DNA of 51,750 nucleotides from Candidatus Omnitrophota bacterium (GCA_043718225.1 JAYSWD010000065.1:1-51750), one strand, 5' to 3'; positions 40,701 to 43,707 are shown, counted from the stretch's first letter. Notes: generated by a model from the sequence alone, not told the origin. Numbers and translations: made by a program.

Positions 40701-41824
40701 GATTTTAAAATTTCAAGGTCGGTCGGATTTAGTTTTAATTCGGCGAGTTTTTTCAGACGGCGCAACGCACGCAAGAACTGCCAGAGTTGAATTTCTTCGG
40801 GGGTTTGAAAAAGTTTTTTCTCAGCCGCGCTTTGAAGAGCGCTCAGTTCGCGTAAAACTTCGCGCGCGCTTACGGCTTGTAAAACAGCTTGGGCTTGCTG
40901 CCGTTTTTCCTCCGTCACCCTAGTGTCTTCGTTTGGCGTTAGTCGCTGTATCGCGGAAAGAATAGGCCATGCTTTTTGTTCTTGAGGTTCAAAAAATGGC
41001 AAGGTTCTTAAAAGATAATCCAGGAGTTCCAAGCGGCCGTCTTCAAAGCGTAAATAATCACGAATCCAATTTTGAGTTTGTTTTGAAAATGTTTTGCGGC
41101 CGATCTCCGCGATTTCATTGAAAATCTCGTGAAGATTAGCTTCGATTTCCCGGCGCGCCGCTTCGGCATCCGCAAATGCGCGTACATTTTCAAGATAAGC
41201 CGGAAGATCATCCGCACCGAATAATTTCCAATCAGCGTCTGCACGCGTGCTTTGTGTTTCAGAGATTGCCGCGCTCCTTGCGGTCGCTCGCAATGACCGG
41301 TCATTACGAGGAGGCAAAGCCGACGAAGCAATCTTGTATTTTTGTCTATGGTCTATAGTCTCTGGTCTATAGTCCATCAATCGGCTCCGCCGATTGATGT
41401 GCGCATATTCCGCCCCGCCGATTTGGAGACGGTCCAGATAATAGAAACTTACTTTTTGTTTGGCTTTCCTGTCTTTGATTTCGCCGAAATAGGCATCGGT
41501 CGGAACTTCGCCCGTGTAACCTTCTTCAAAAACTGTTTGAACATCTTGCTTAACAAAGTGAGTAACCAGCCTTGCGATATTTTCTTGTGCCTCAAGCGAA
41601 TCATGCGCGTCTTGAATGAAGAGAATGGTTTTTCCGTTAGTGCCGCGATGCTCTTCTTCGACAGAACCGAGGCTTGAAGGAATTTTTAACCCCCCAAACT
41701 CCCGGGGATGCGATTTCTCAACCCCCGGAGTTTCCATGGTTTTTGCAAACGCAAGATCATTTGCCAGCATGCAGGCGATAAGCGCCGCCGCCACATATTT
41801 AAATAGTGATGTTTTGTTTTTCAC
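13721..41824 (-). CDS. Giant modular protein (9367 aa) with signal peptide and RSExR-delimited domains
   Basis: 28.1-kb uninterrupted ORF with GTG start; signal peptide (YVAAALIACMLANDLAFA); QDAH..EEG..IRE..FGGFH domain; recognisable GNAT x2, SAM-MTase x2, GHSMG hydrolase, HRDLKPEN/DFG kinase, HATPase_c and sigma-70 r4-like repeats. Confidence 0.92.
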   Translation of the reverse strand: MKNKTSLFKYVAAALIACMLANDLAFAKTMETPGVEKSHPREFGGLKIPSSLGSVEEEHRGTNGKTILFIQDAHDSLEAQENIARLVTHFVKQDVQTVFEEGYTGEVPTDAYFGEIKDRKAKQKVSFYYLDRLQIGGAEYAHINRRSRLMDYRPETIDHRQKYKIASSALPPRNDRSLRATARSAAISETQSTRADADWKLFGADDLPAYLENVRAFADAEAARREIEANLHEIFNEIAEIGRKTFSKQTQNWIRDYLRFEDGRLELLDYLLRTLPFFEPQEQKAWPILSAIQRLTPNEDTRVTEEKRQQAQAVLQAVSAREVLRELSALQSAAEKKLFQTPEEIQLWQFLRALRRLKKLAELKLNPTDLEILKSESASLDTEKLAAWIARTKKAPVVISKKWESQIKSALRFYELAAIRERAVEKTLLDWRQETRDQRPKIREPRATNHESLTTNHETSTAVLVFGGFHKEGITKILRAHGFSYQVITPRISGLSVKHQNLYRQAMLSNMPRGSWAVARGAVVQAARSPTLFLKSLSNLRPELLRLSNLASQHSDWTSQTFSIRADQARLKTRRLNRGGLTYAVDSGGNIRSGMRTPAPKNQNLIFRKTSWNEEQPFSARAENKNNITKLGRRSEQRTEAEKAKMRVELSLRVLQNILFTPRLSADIADQNGMRAKGYWDQSDADAPLKKVYDAFDYLWKNGFFVRPKERGPFFLSDFSKQLAAFPRASFHSMPQAIIDLLLPHLDGTDDEKRVRVVRQIKYWTQFFPQAKPGIEAEVERKANEIARARVAHLKEKFVQSADLEARFKIIQEAAEIVKMQTSVDAELREYILEQEDLIFDEVAHARLAVAAAEPNDETSMVKLIEIQKFVQQHTLVEPITRFRVLNQVEAQIVIRNRRRFGSTDERYHSVREIEGLLRLRGYEQLREKFHAHEPRRATLDQLDPETLLPNYIRAKEVRNRAARVLRNVSQAVLPTSRPSHENKPHPLIRLFVAISMTVWAIANFQKGNYWWFGGQALLAAIEYLFLLTWLFSSPQRVTPQPELLPTPEPQPEAEYEERVERSDPGFVRLDDLAYLTAMMLKYRDFRGAFENWAHTKRVKQRLKNAGVNELWDDAGYRVQYASEGDDFIARPITTHLDLIRKAVIEQFIGKRDDAGILQEGELTGSLRKGAKSARQILAQYPEIFKHIREGTVTLDESIYLLNEIKIHHIKKRSRGEQALIGYLESLTSDYTLTSGMIEATIWDRDPWTDLSRQGEFFCCAFLGGQFQTGAYGYMLSKGISMMDFALGSDRKVRAIMAAGIYKDAEDKDAGVLIIDSVEGTMSVDPAVIKRAIEEYAYKAGFKKVIYNAVSHNATPKKFIAHVASTGATQQTIQVLRADDESLQFLEAFPRGTSLFGQRQTQGNVTGYVADLTRGRYRYEAWKPEDVQFETVSGNDWDRSKTDVMALENTFPSNLREAENSLAKKFKNPAGMTLVAKLKGEIVGYAVGGPLEEYGSIPGNKEDDQWNKRNTFYLASLAIAPGLEGRGVRKIFRDAVIAKARAKNYAYFGAHVFEKQVSQLLQAEILKTFPRWMGGSKTYQRVRVALHPEGTIAPPPVTPIPPVETLIEISQPAADAWPQIKDDIIRLESAFEANLRYTPAMLRDAFTDPEKISLVAKQNGRIIGFVLAGPLEKFRGLSGVAQDSNMELRNTVYSEDMVVDESMRGRGIGTDLQRKLNEEILRRGFRYKTAHRREGVARKVGGTVLSRHPNWAGTGKVYEYARTDLRAPARSEIRKEQNPGKLILAGMMAWGAWLVDASAMFPKDLETNTVQVDSKVEKVMQQIVKARELAVETLDMLEVEYLPFDVTSKTDREFERSLFQEQMSGKPLSPAALKHYWKQYLTSPARIEKREENGKAQRSEMRTIEWNSEKESELFLAELARHIPQINIWLKEAKISVRSALAQRVEHKQMVAAYIAYVDLYRKSGEEDKSVKAVQDSAAKELQAWGVNALLMTEQNDNPALQQALFKNLQGVKNFIQITQYHLKKGRWKQLDQYYDGNQIYSETVTRSEMRAFNIKETVRKLTEGKNDEKISAIELILQWSQSTEAYIPTEAEARLIVAALLVNTRIDNDEEVSQVSRNALARLIGSSTAKRNVKIRDRFFPLAAQFVLIADLPSIGAPLQQTVVDEDQLKAIVDPALVESARILNFGKGITTVFSSANGSDLRIGHATLWINSRSLSPANLEIAKVLEHEGVLWIDPPGNQRWKLRFPFDHKTSIAQLSEQAALVAMRFHSQGGKLTSLSSETRMVIGRRETAQIFSEAIRQAREAAAIGTGTGQAGRRIQIWEETYGLTLEILKNKRELAQTAEKLPENELEWERFFDSNDVIPSRNTVFTVEEWSKMLAAAKKAAFWFFKNAYLTKNHSEMRNRFRYRIYEATKTIRLTSLPEGGMVFAFSPAFFTAVIITEHVIDLARKKLFGRSEMRLKGITDQMPIWYFLKAFGVDSARAEIEPFEGPWGKIPVAQNSVVGLQGAALKQAVHQSLEEIFGVPHIRENFKNPAFLAPPDTAEDAYILTFKNEPAAIIWPEMGQHKTTLIYEFLIPEQEALFGRQKKVDGYSEAELKTFLTRRYNAKLGESLFFATHFGEGQIVPESLVVQGERGVYFPTVYPPDEKSSRTLAGQLRRLVRDNEIDLSKLDAAEIGSGSGANTAIFLELGARKAYGADKSLLKLMNTQAQIAQKIPSRMRDLELFLGEIPEADFYMFNAPKCFFGIPLASVRKGSRSTADISNVELSPQEFADIFESTAAKARPGAKMLLRIFLNPGRDEAAFKKLIQESGWEILPDEKTWQTRAPTEAEADLLSLGIVPPTFQTEKIFILRTLPRSEMRRNGWTATSALLERASLFDRRQRRAEGQSEDVRKRKRSKQAAHELLTTAGRDPGRVFRHIINLLKGSGLNSERPATVIFLSDLNYSAAFETFVDELLLIAIEERKNLRDRAFELLTNAVEAHLKGGRGKINGLIQILQDRAARNPKAAQILKKAGYRSEMRGPGEVEQDKLRVAQNLDEFVQKLFDFAQKNRETDDELLESLGKFLERLRENTAVALGIIREIATAKLIAIEQSPQIIFKQRLFEKYHAQKMERQSSFSRRSFLKTAAAFFFGTAFGVNSVLKAAAQAAMAPERSFILRFDPAESVRLATDGIVGQAARETRHLFAPILSQTIAGLWKDKNGIWVPELRNGADNLLMGEALHTVPGAVDQSGMVVANYPNIVHGNLLEKTLKQQPQMQVVLEEARLLNAAYKALPEHAQKELATELSDIAQMQNPVTPEDLARIRAKAEALERNFPLRELKEYLPPEYGVNADIPHTIYLLAEDTRQGGGPAIVVLTDAPQGRHEFMTYNVYVLPLSADNPSLSEYKRKAFIRQKLTPFGNKFYRGHIQVHVDDTRRPNRPLKILRTYMSALDVAMVEEYLWVEPSIERWFRAWRQTVVDAPRPVSFEQKLQMWTEAVQRGIPELQRIIWAGEAPYEPLENVFEALLYYKIVRPNLVLATDNMDIRIAMPKLARLLGWTELAEEIETELRDMQTLLADHPLKRLRSEARSTSAQGSALKSTGEALSKAFTPKRRAEMRNGNGKLSVNWLMSVFNLKRAEANKLFKEIPFREPIASGETAREKISLVEWAKQKGGDNKLKEFQYLYMATADMMPGTDEDVESRRRITDIYPAAKKRWYAEHGRAPPKIEKIFSGTTPLWLIQSAQPSDKPRPVVVLMHSMTESKEFPYFDLLEAVLVRRGYAVIRPDLPGHGENQNTLAGDENFDQYVGSILSFIAVRKDLDIEQVSLVGHSMGAYVAATALAGAHAYKIQKLVTMHMPTNPYFENYFQAQNLDVFNAYFDRTFVGEDAPAIDVAARKLMWNANQISEVTAQKEKIFALAAEEDPVIGASTEYWIQAVGLDDAQAVRMGGVGHLFKPAERWAWVTSVLKFLVSDPDKIAEFEEKMAARVEAAGYFGDEAKTFFKIAQKYARQWAGKAANDNEILKNIGESRDRWKVRKRAVEQATLTWYVLEAYVLTWLTAFYSIPFSLFLGSLTGWFFYALFVYESTANRYDQLTKLHEVFSRRSEMRLDGARLFMPDVETINVAYLKEFFGDKWSDKKYGRRRGVRHRLFTESGASAGDPHWAPNLFVPDRADHQTADPEKMVVIKIAESAQLTPSQQAQRDPLLSIRLLANEADFLNQLTMLRASGVTHLKEIGVLEGVKGLWIEIETQSDATDLDSADFRYVSSIFDVVIKTARTVKRSLHKNGILHRDLKPENILRNRLGNIEVIDFGAAEAVSTPVDQRMGVRTPGFFPLTGNYKDHWAEDEEGDVYGLIMTLISLLETKILNRGLMPEERVKELILKYLGLLFENPRFPSEHMEITEWIEKLQKQIKVGTAPLSGMFPRNSEARPQSMDEIIRMFRQDATEWKLFEAEQWTVEKEFAPVKQRQEEPAQPAESVSSMAATTVAPARSFTDPRSIAHFFLLSNGLVVIASLVLTQEGLYFSILSWLSNLFAPVWISMLGILMIESRLKKVPAVISQALLHLWLFAVPAGLIFLKLKTQPTQLSPVPIDYPLVPDAIFAFAAAGLIGTGLHWARLMRRSEMRELSTDELETLRTLANGGELPMRENAKGKRTYVHFLTEVDSARIFGQHWFNQPGMLDPQEWVQDKNVLVAPGYGNLPFQLIEHRAKKVTGLDSDRLTTIVQRAKSLHSNAGSSDLIFSADTNSRPIVQHELLQRLYSDAATKSGRAIPNIDFQQGNILQTPFEEKEFDLIIMPYVFATNFGLENETVWRKAIQEMLRILKPGGKIIVTPARLGFNVEDLPAIDVPGGERLRQELSNLNGFGAWLETQTDHLNYSLQWSPVYPHTHIFSPVPIMPARFAVLTKRSDPPKNELAARARSEMRKIVVQLQGFGEINEVKVNLRSEDSGDVADILRRAGFSNEKTADLRMTAIGKVLVGGVNVGRSWDTAEVSKNTQTIIVHHKKITGPVKKIEPEIEEVLEEDEMPPDVPRRNVFVVRAPLKGAEETPKAEEEAKKTTKKIAVPKTSKTLPQKGSVSAAKETKPAAKGAEKKQPTVKMGVSKKKPSERIKKTIPTNKKEIKKTKPAEKRSVPVNTKQIAKDLQVKKNEPKLAVSKKLSAAARPAKAKDSGKEVKKTHKAQPTTPKKQAPEIIPQISKKILWPKALGMTREELVWARLGLPTPKKVNVLRHEEIRQVWNFLEPREQSVLTAFLGLDGDFDQSLETTIKLSGLSENGASELRDRALESLQLWKSGWKHLASLAGLSVEETKKAFEANLDEDEQLFLKIDLGLDQPRFFTNLNIAAEWSRRTGKEMAATSVGRQRRKLLEKLTTAPTNVIPDPMKEAQSKLGMVLRQPADIDWEKSKKSLPDFVGNEELGEAIARGHLDLMVIAPNFIHKLTNLGLRPLKPGEERVKIFIKSAGAEGKRYRLVFAFSNENPDKTFWIGRYRTLLMDRYTGKKTGPEVFDILDTDEWNSLAFAELLTKPKKQTWQEVLDAIGTIKDWDMGTLYKTGYQKRKLKKDMWAELRVGSRRHAGYSARLKSIKPEAENLRLEFLLTSPDKKTSETIIRYLTNVMHEARGEGDRAGDKIFYHELIPEEELEPARSEIRDAALMRQFHVRRQNIKNNPIAAFGTTKTKSAAELGVAKSMFAEQKSIMRFSGLEVFETIEKPAALGLALKEIAAITAEAWADAWVGYRPELQSPSLSYAGTDFNVKLRDLLLELLTNAVVHGNSGDTSRPFEIWWERKAGRIFIHVGDGGAQQNASPARLGELKKVFRLHGKGTGHKLINRFLGRDPHAKIESQALLDQETVKIGTVWTVLIPTRSEMREEEKAEILELLDAHREGEEWTSYELGMLIHLVKISLREAQGLEPNRGQFTVRQIAEAPILKGRMPLELLRELWIKDKKKIRTGQGLTDPDAKLNTAQGQESFFAGKIFFDLAPDHAIASVSRAKFFYTGIELSLTSFLKQLEAEALISDPDFYPRLQEYLGKFVPQLRNDASSDAERLRGILLKIRGALIKKGLWDLSKETNVTEAPAPAIKQADTKKPASEKNSFPKDVRANIEQWMLWMEKFVSGAKGRYGHEQAVPFIQKMQGYIDKYDEASNALFSKLKQAVATFENFSSAPAGAALTAAGNFQGLLPGAKLIRLQALLKAEVPKLLDQKSRIILNTGNEGDDWIVAVNALIEEVVQLGRSRFTDPDLQLVEQLEKARAELLARAQTFNSNAPFAAKTAIEDDNEDSARSSNHEILYPDLEPLAPASLLKIKARINLVLDDMKLVDGQTRKPPTQQVVSALDLHPLFFKNLKHDETANAAQYHGRLIHLLERLAERLTLGSGGRDRFGWKQWQDKDGKAIERKKIVGFYFELLRAFAITDLSKAWPVDPEARLRIAYFILYLISKNSALDGHWQETAYELLNSIPETKWFDPKIQAVFLNRENKGDEDLSPAGRKIKNWVTEQFPAWSGAALSSPKTIRMTDEFEFETAEDAAAADDRGEDEDLSGAHPEEAVLAKDRLRNRAANEQSELRETYIWLITMIGHAYNAAFGAVKRTKKDRFSRNPEFFNQKQKFKEGFLDAAEGVRGFIEDKIVPMDVAAKAAVNFFGLAAQMDLLNLEDENKENRERFLALADFFKTHTSMVNLPVEAILKSFKKKPVASDEDDSGTGRKRKLPTELPAEIDVSIEELIQVSARPFQKFKSKRLEALRLTWLYLTADERKILTLQFGLGETRLTSFSALAKAMGGIDENTVWVKRKKAFKKLKGRDNGYKALEKETGIVPKEAEEIIPRVLLNLKNQGVIPYEAVLRRAFGLGVFLEEDHRVIAAELAQTHQVELAARNITLTNQDIIDTKAQALNRLKNRDHKREYPAWKWKGEDLLAFIDERRNDLSLLTATRVREDNERAYRAFLRQHKDWDAVLRYYGIDPLDVEKAAYPERFTASGPARDIQKLSTRIDVPVEKITQDLFWQVSRTEELLLRHWYGVGAEYTNDMEELVRWMKAKYDIEVSRAQTNRTIYSALEKLKATKGETAWHFIAAWLEKPEAEIDKSLADRLNEEERFVFDRYFGRGMNRVNKISEIVRLFNKQFNVSVTAGKIYPMLRRIKEALLAASSGVIDPMTTAVLATAQPAKPVMPVPQSAPLPTLQPGAPQEKDVSLGNADAIDEEVLFALSPVNRALYDFVQQTGHKYTGEEAQRKFKVTGAMLSFRFVEIKRCLAQRVTGWTLLAEKMEAPGREEDLKQIWALLDTNEQWFLERRFGIHVQREEISAIRKTMTGKGIFEENKKYPHAPYAAWSKKLFGKMAGLLAALPSVSDDKPVTALVEGNSKPERKRYARAYLVIFENLYRTFGFNSFSMTQASLTLEGRSPTTAGKILDKFLSLGWIQKAEPIKIKVEHPDGARFRPVPGYRLRAFDPADYDSYRWILGHVIEETDFSFAEALMKRVDETHRKFPKSVRSETRIGKNTPADSEIQEDGAHVYTFELLISNFLDWIREGFALRTSMIIETSENYHALMMREVFKNLAAWGILTVADQKQINPNEWTWFRVEPWVIEKQSEIKTVLQLGTRISDAERLKRIQRIKSGLPSERMVPFIEGESDPRALFSSQEQRFPKRNVLTLHDLIQAIVNAEQRGLRPVVSQLFPALDLSSKEILNNFLRAQEIDYRKIGIWAAQVIGGMQQAPEEINQAVARMRSQEMPFDMLPIPMAELLEEMRHYQTPYHLLKLEKKGKVNFSNLGVIYSQDQQSGFYEKARLFLTQAGVENPTETEIKEVLAAVEKGSYALWERARLDQEQNSRRKIWQLAIFNWRQAQIIRRSKERAEYIKGLRDEAIRKFDATRASPGKAHQSAAFRLRALDPYHSYLADSALGRDRPPEPGRTAAQRKIESVDATRITKRPSRAENVLFLTTLPADYVATFSNLEKKIIQILREHSDYSNRQIADAADSTEVSVGATMSNIKNRAIAAGYSAITEKKKGSPAAAPPGNVPGFSRIQPTDQGARQSLADEVRLPVEKITDNFLRSVSLRRELLIRYKYGIGREKQLDHDAVLAKVNEEVDRYKTAHPEAEEARYKSARNITSDHFKMKPLLLSGKDGMDYLTEFLGISKEKIKKENFLKLEPETFYILERFFGINRNRLDDKRALAKEVSRKFGGKATRKRIYTGLGHIRATLLEIEKAAHKYREPMLRQYARIPSEYGVSIEKLRQAVDLTNTTKEKEILRLRKGWLRLTPIQRLVLAYQYGVEGKTAQTSLVAIAKLLKIEGYQLGRTNISKERRVALGELRDVQTAEDEFHAITGILPAQVETVLAERSILSPAGAKLMRRDFGFENEFIQSDQETAAEFNKLFVAEGPFDGQEIRDLRRMTIKVLREHAIQKGWVDEEIKKVRWRKPHAVKAGTQNATAVIRYKWTDDYIRQTLAGFALSGPITYTVLFEAGLLPLIQILTEFGSIREGLRHYGFEPLLPVETEPKDLLDYSTGIPEVYGITIADLRWANGTSAPLAGTNSEKMMELRYAWNFLEPKERDVLVKSYLSTDEDELLPDFRKLLEQTGLSSTNFQNQRRAGLLALKDRRTGWTRLVEWSVLKVNEVKTAVKDIVWSDQHRELINKDLGFTEPKTAPDTALAEALKISPASVGARRREIIKKIRRYAMDREWIPMGALYIPKKDSPRPVEWTQEKENALFARLVLEGKLRSGEIHFHQDEEVRRFYSVMVTKYGSWPRALQVYKQNIVAGKTVVAVAAAQVSAVLPAQDADVVLKDFNSRVLSLSRILNTASLSASVRDNVTAKKALSGAVELLEKTRPHLKKLDAAGRAQFEKLERAIRDTQIFFDLPLTVSIKAAVAPQTESALTAKAPASVPVAPTGAETKKEPAPQAPVAAAPLPEDNSPKARIQKFIDERLPAILETLKAEIGSAELYHKRKKELAQIEREIQGINILLVAKAALKTTLVDGPMRILANEVRGFKTKLENAERQFRIPLPAAPAAPAPAAPAPSVPRFFPPAKPHFQPPPQKQRKHSDYIRQRRKGGGQQAKTEASITWQAELKQTILSTGNTREALTGDIAKLKAAIVAAGPKDAYIANTRIISLAEVHLAWLDVIDAIVTPSIDPYAKVKQAVETFEGSFGNDKSTYRDWTRMLINDPRYQIYENVRPMISGMNKVKLKDVEIDLQENIFYILDLPKEIVQPLFGKHDSFFLARSEQRMLNLKTLPAQKVGTVLISRVELRNLPEENFLALYKTAYTRSEIRFLVYGEDSLTDSEDHRAQMLTTIPNGRGRVNFINGDESKALMRVQVSERAVIITGRSEVRFSSLRKGVARVAAQGQAAMLALGLLWTVSDTPLVQKDEFLSDPSGRFIEMTRAFLSQLVFASAA
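40262..40538. repeat. Inverted 7-bp arrays read in frame inside the giant gene
   Basis: GCCACGA GCCACGG CCCACGA ACCACGA (40262-40289) faces TTCGTGG-type x7 (40451-40499), followed by TCTTTGG/TCTCTTG x5 (40501-40538). Confidence 0.85.
41263..41334. repeat. Palindromic REP/RPE-like insert in frame in the giant gene
   Basis: AGATTGCCGCGCTCCTTGCGGTCGCTCGCAATGAC-CG-GTCATTACGAGGAGGCAAAGCCGACGAAGCAATCT; encodes IASSALPPRNDRSLRATARSAAI. Confidence 0.75.
41344..41378. repeat. 7-bp tandem array in frame in the giant gene
   Basis: GTCTATG GTCTATA GTCTCTG GTCTATA GTCCATC; encodes MDYRPETIDHR. Confidence 0.75.
41696..41733. repeat. Short palindrome family CCCGGGGATGC..CAACYCC, copy 1
   Basis: AAACTCCCGGGGATGCGATTTCTCAACCCCCGGAGTTT; similar copies near 42046 and 49978. 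Confidence 0.65.
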
Positions 41825-41969
41825 AAAATTGAATTCAACTCATGATGAAATCATCGGTTACATAATGTTTTTGTGCTTTTTGAGATTAGAGAAAAGATGC
41901 CTTACAGATTAGAGATTTTCAATAAACCGGCTCATATTTATATAAAAATTGATTTGTAAACATATTTTG

Positions 41970-41998
41970 TTGACAATTATAAATATTATACATATATT
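41970..41998 (+). promoter_or_regulatory. Putative sigma-70 promoter in the AT-rich divergent region
   Basis: TTGACA (41970-41975), 17-bp spacer, TATATT (41993-41998). Several TATAAT hexamers also lie on the minus strand here. Confidence 0.55.
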
Positions 41999-42000
41999 AT

Positions 42001-43707
42001 ATGCATATGAAGCAATTATCGAAACCCACTCATAACGAATCACGCACAGCCCCGGGGATGCGTTCCGCAACCCCAGGGGTGTCCTTGCGTGTAAATAAAA
42101 AATTTCATTACAAAAAGAGCAAAGTCGGTGTGGGATTATGCTTAGTAATTTGGCTCGGTTTATTTCCCTTTTCGGCACATGCTGCTTGGGAAAAAACCAG
42201 TTCACCGCCCGCCGCGGAAGCGCCCATTGATTTGACTCTATGCGCTGAAAAAGCACATTGTTTTTACGCTTCAACCTCTCACCAGGTTTTTCGAAGTGAA
42301 AATAATGTTTGGCAGCCTGTATTTAATTTATCCGCCGCAAACGACTCGATTTTGCGGCTTCGGATTTTTCCTTCGTCCTCTGCTCTCTGGATTCAAACCG
42401 GTCAAAGTATTTTTAAAATGAATCCTGAGTCGCTGCTTTCAGAAAAAATTTATACCGCGAGCGATCCGGAAAAACAGCCGGTTTCCTTTTTCATGGAATC
42501 TGAAAACTTTTGGGTGGGCACTGTTTCCGGCCTGTGGCTTTCAAAAGACTTCGGAAAAAGCTGGCAGAAACGCTCTGACCTCGCTGATCATCAACCCGTT
42601 TCTCTTATTGCAAAATCGGATTCCGATTTTTTCTTTTCTGCGGCTGGCGCTTGGCTTAAAGCAAATGAAAACAGTCCGCAAACTCTTTTGCGGTTATTTG
42701 CATTCGAAGACCATTCCGATTATTCTGACACCGCGGAATCCGAAGCCGAAGAATCCGTCCCGCGCTCATCTTCTTTTTTTGATTATACAAAAACAAGCAA
42801 AAACCATTATCTTGCCACGCTTCAGGGTGTCTTTAAAAGCGCGGATGGCATCACCTGGGCACAGCTTTCCAATTCCGGACTGCGAAACACGGCGATTTCA
42901 AGAATTCTCTGGGACGAAAAAAATTCCGCGCTTCTGGCAGTCACGAAACAGGGCGCTTTCCGTTTCGATGAGTCCGGCCAGCGCTGGAAATCTCAAAATG
43001 ACGGGTTTGCAAAGCTGGATGTCAGAGCCATTTTACTTTTGCCCAACTCTGAAAATCTTATCACCGCTAATTCCGAAGGCCTTTGGCTTTGGCGCGAGTC
43101 TTCTTTGAAAAACTCCGCTGATCCCGAACTGGCTCTGCTCTTTAATAAACTTATCCGGCACGAACCTTCCGCGCGCGCCATACATAAGCGCGTCATCAAG
43201 TATTCGGATACAAGCAACGCTAAAATTAAAAGCTGGCATGCCGAGTCGAGGCTGGCTTCGCTGCTGCCCAGCCTTTCATTGGGGAAAGACTGGGGCACTT
43301 CCAGTAACGTCGATCTCGACCGCGCGGGCACAAGCGATCCGGACCGTTTCATAGGCGGGCCCTGGAACAAAGACCGCGGCGCGGACATCGATTTGTCATG
43401 GGATTTAGGCGATTTTATTTTCAGCACAAGCCAAACTTCGATTGATTCGCGCGCCAAGCTCATGGTGGATTTACGCAATGATTTGCTATCAGAAGCGACG
43501 CGCCTTTATTACGAACGCCGCCGCCTGCAGGCGGAAACTATTCAGTATCCCGCGCCCGATGAAAAAACCCACCTTGACCGGCTCCTGAGAATTGATGAAA
43601 TCACTTCGCTTTTGGACGCGTTGACGGATGGATATCTTTCCACACAGATTGAAAAAATCTACCAACAACATCAAGAGCTTGCTCAATTGTGGGAGCTTAA
43701 AAAATGA
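42001..43707 (+). CDS. Exported beta-propeller (BNR/YCF48-like) protein with C-terminal TolC/OEP-like segment; true start probably downstream of 42001
   Basis: Signal-like LCLVIWLGLFPFSAHA; Asp-box repeats SKDFGKSW, SADGITW; C-terminus LLPSLSL...LSWDLG...LLSEATRLYYERRRLQ resembles an efflux-protein repeat. Confidence 0.7.
   Translation: MHMKQLSKPTHNESRTAPGMRSATPGVSLRVNKKFHYKKSKVGVGLCLVIWLGLFPFSAHAAWEKTSSPPAAEAPIDLTLCAEKAHCFYASTSHQVFRSENNVWQPVFNLSAANDSILRLRIFPSSSALWIQTGQSIFKMNPESLLSEKIYTASDPEKQPVSFFMESENFWVGTVSGLWLSKDFGKSWQKRSDLADHQPVSLIAKSDSDFFFSAAGAWLKANENSPQTLLRLFAFEDHSDYSDTAESEAEESVPRSSSFFDYTKTSKNHYLATLQGVFKSADGITWAQLSNSGLRNTAISRILWDEKNSALLAVTKQGAFRFDESGQRWKSQNDGFAKLDVRAILLLPNSENLITANSEGLWLWRESSLKNSADPELALLFNKLIRHEPSARAIHKRVIKYSDTSNAKIKSWHAESRLASLLPSLSLGKDWGTSSNVDLDRAGTSDPDRFIGGPWNKDRGADIDLSWDLGDFIFSTSQTSIDSRAKLMVDLRNDLLSEATRLYYERRRLQAETIQYPAPDEKTHLDRLLRIDEITSLLDALTDGYLSTQIEKIYQQHQELAQLWELKK
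42046..42082. repeat. Short palindrome family, copy 2
   Basis: ACAGCCCCGGGGATGCGTTCCGCAACCCCAGGGGTGT. Confidence 0.55.

Noticed and set aside
13721-41824. Giant ORF as an assembly chimera, NRPS/PKS or repetitive adhesin
   Set aside because: Frame is intact for 28 kb, a paralog has the same design, and no NRPS/PKS or RTX/Ig repeat motifs were seen. Read mapping would still be needed to exclude misassembly.
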